NCBI RefSeq assembly: GCF_009914755.1
Contig: NC_060930.1
Reading direction: 5' to 3' (one strand)
DNA: 64,000 nucleotides
From: the human T2T-CHM13v2.0 reference genome, Homo sapiens
The translations under genes were made by a program, and so were the position numbers. The first letter of the stretch is position 1. The number at the start of each line of letters is the position of its first letter. Positions 63,640-64,000 of this stretch are shown in pieces. The notes under the pieces are model-generated. The model did no database searches, had not been told where the DNA came from, and saw only the letters and a program-made list of their open reading frames with translations.

Positions 63640-64000
63640 TTCTATGGACTGAACTGCATCCCCCAGATTCATCTGTTGGAGCCCTAACTCCCAGAGTGAC
63701 TGTATTTGGAGATAGGACATTTAAGAAGGTAATTAAGATTAAAAGAGATCACATGCATGGGGTCCTAATCCAATGGGACTGGTGTTCTTATAAGAAGAGG
63801 ACAAGAAATCAGAGCTCCTTCTCCATGTTCAGAGAAGAAAAGCCATAGGAGGACGTAATGAGAAGGCGGCTGTCTACATGCCAAGAAGAGAGCCCTTACC
63901 AGAAACAAACCCTAACCATCTGTTGACCTTGGACTTCCAGTTTCCAGAACACAGAGAAAATAAATTTCTGTTGTTTAAGCCACTCAGCCTGTGGTATTCT
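63640..64000 (+). mobile_element. MLT1A-like LTR, runs off the right edge
   Basis: CTATGGACTGAACTG...GTGACTGTATTTGGAGATAGG...CCTTGGACTTCCAG...AAATAAATTTCTGTTGTTTAAGCCAC. Confidence 0.88.

Overview
This is primate genomic DNA, hominoid and most likely human, judged from AluY, L1PA8, THE1 and LTR12C content. It is AT-rich and dominated by interspersed repeats, so it is intergenic or deep intronic. I find no credible protein-coding gene, rRNA, tRNA or CRISPR array. The listed ORFs are L1 ORF2 remnants, a CR1/L3 RT relic, Alu or LTR read-throughs, or random ORFs. Main features: several old and primate L1s (two with twin-priming 5' inversions and visible TSDs), a full-length THE1B provirus, solo LTRs (LTR12C, THE1A, MLT2A1, MLT2B, MLT1A, MLT1K-like, one MER4-group ERV1 LTR), twelve Alus, MIR, L2 and L3 relics, MER5, and a half MADE1. 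The items most worth a second look are: a ~70-nt LTR-derived hairpin RNA apparently retroposed into L1PA16 (18002-18075); a ~120-bp palindrome resembling Crypton-derived Eulor6 (46142-46263); twin hairpins sharing a 12-mer (8282-8351); an orphan CpG cluster (36109-36540); and two divergent DUX4-motif LTRs (THE1A and MLT2A1), each with a plausible downstream exon. Repeat subfamily names come from my recall of consensus sequences and need RepeatMasker/Dfam confirmation. I cannot support a claim of a wholly new biological system.
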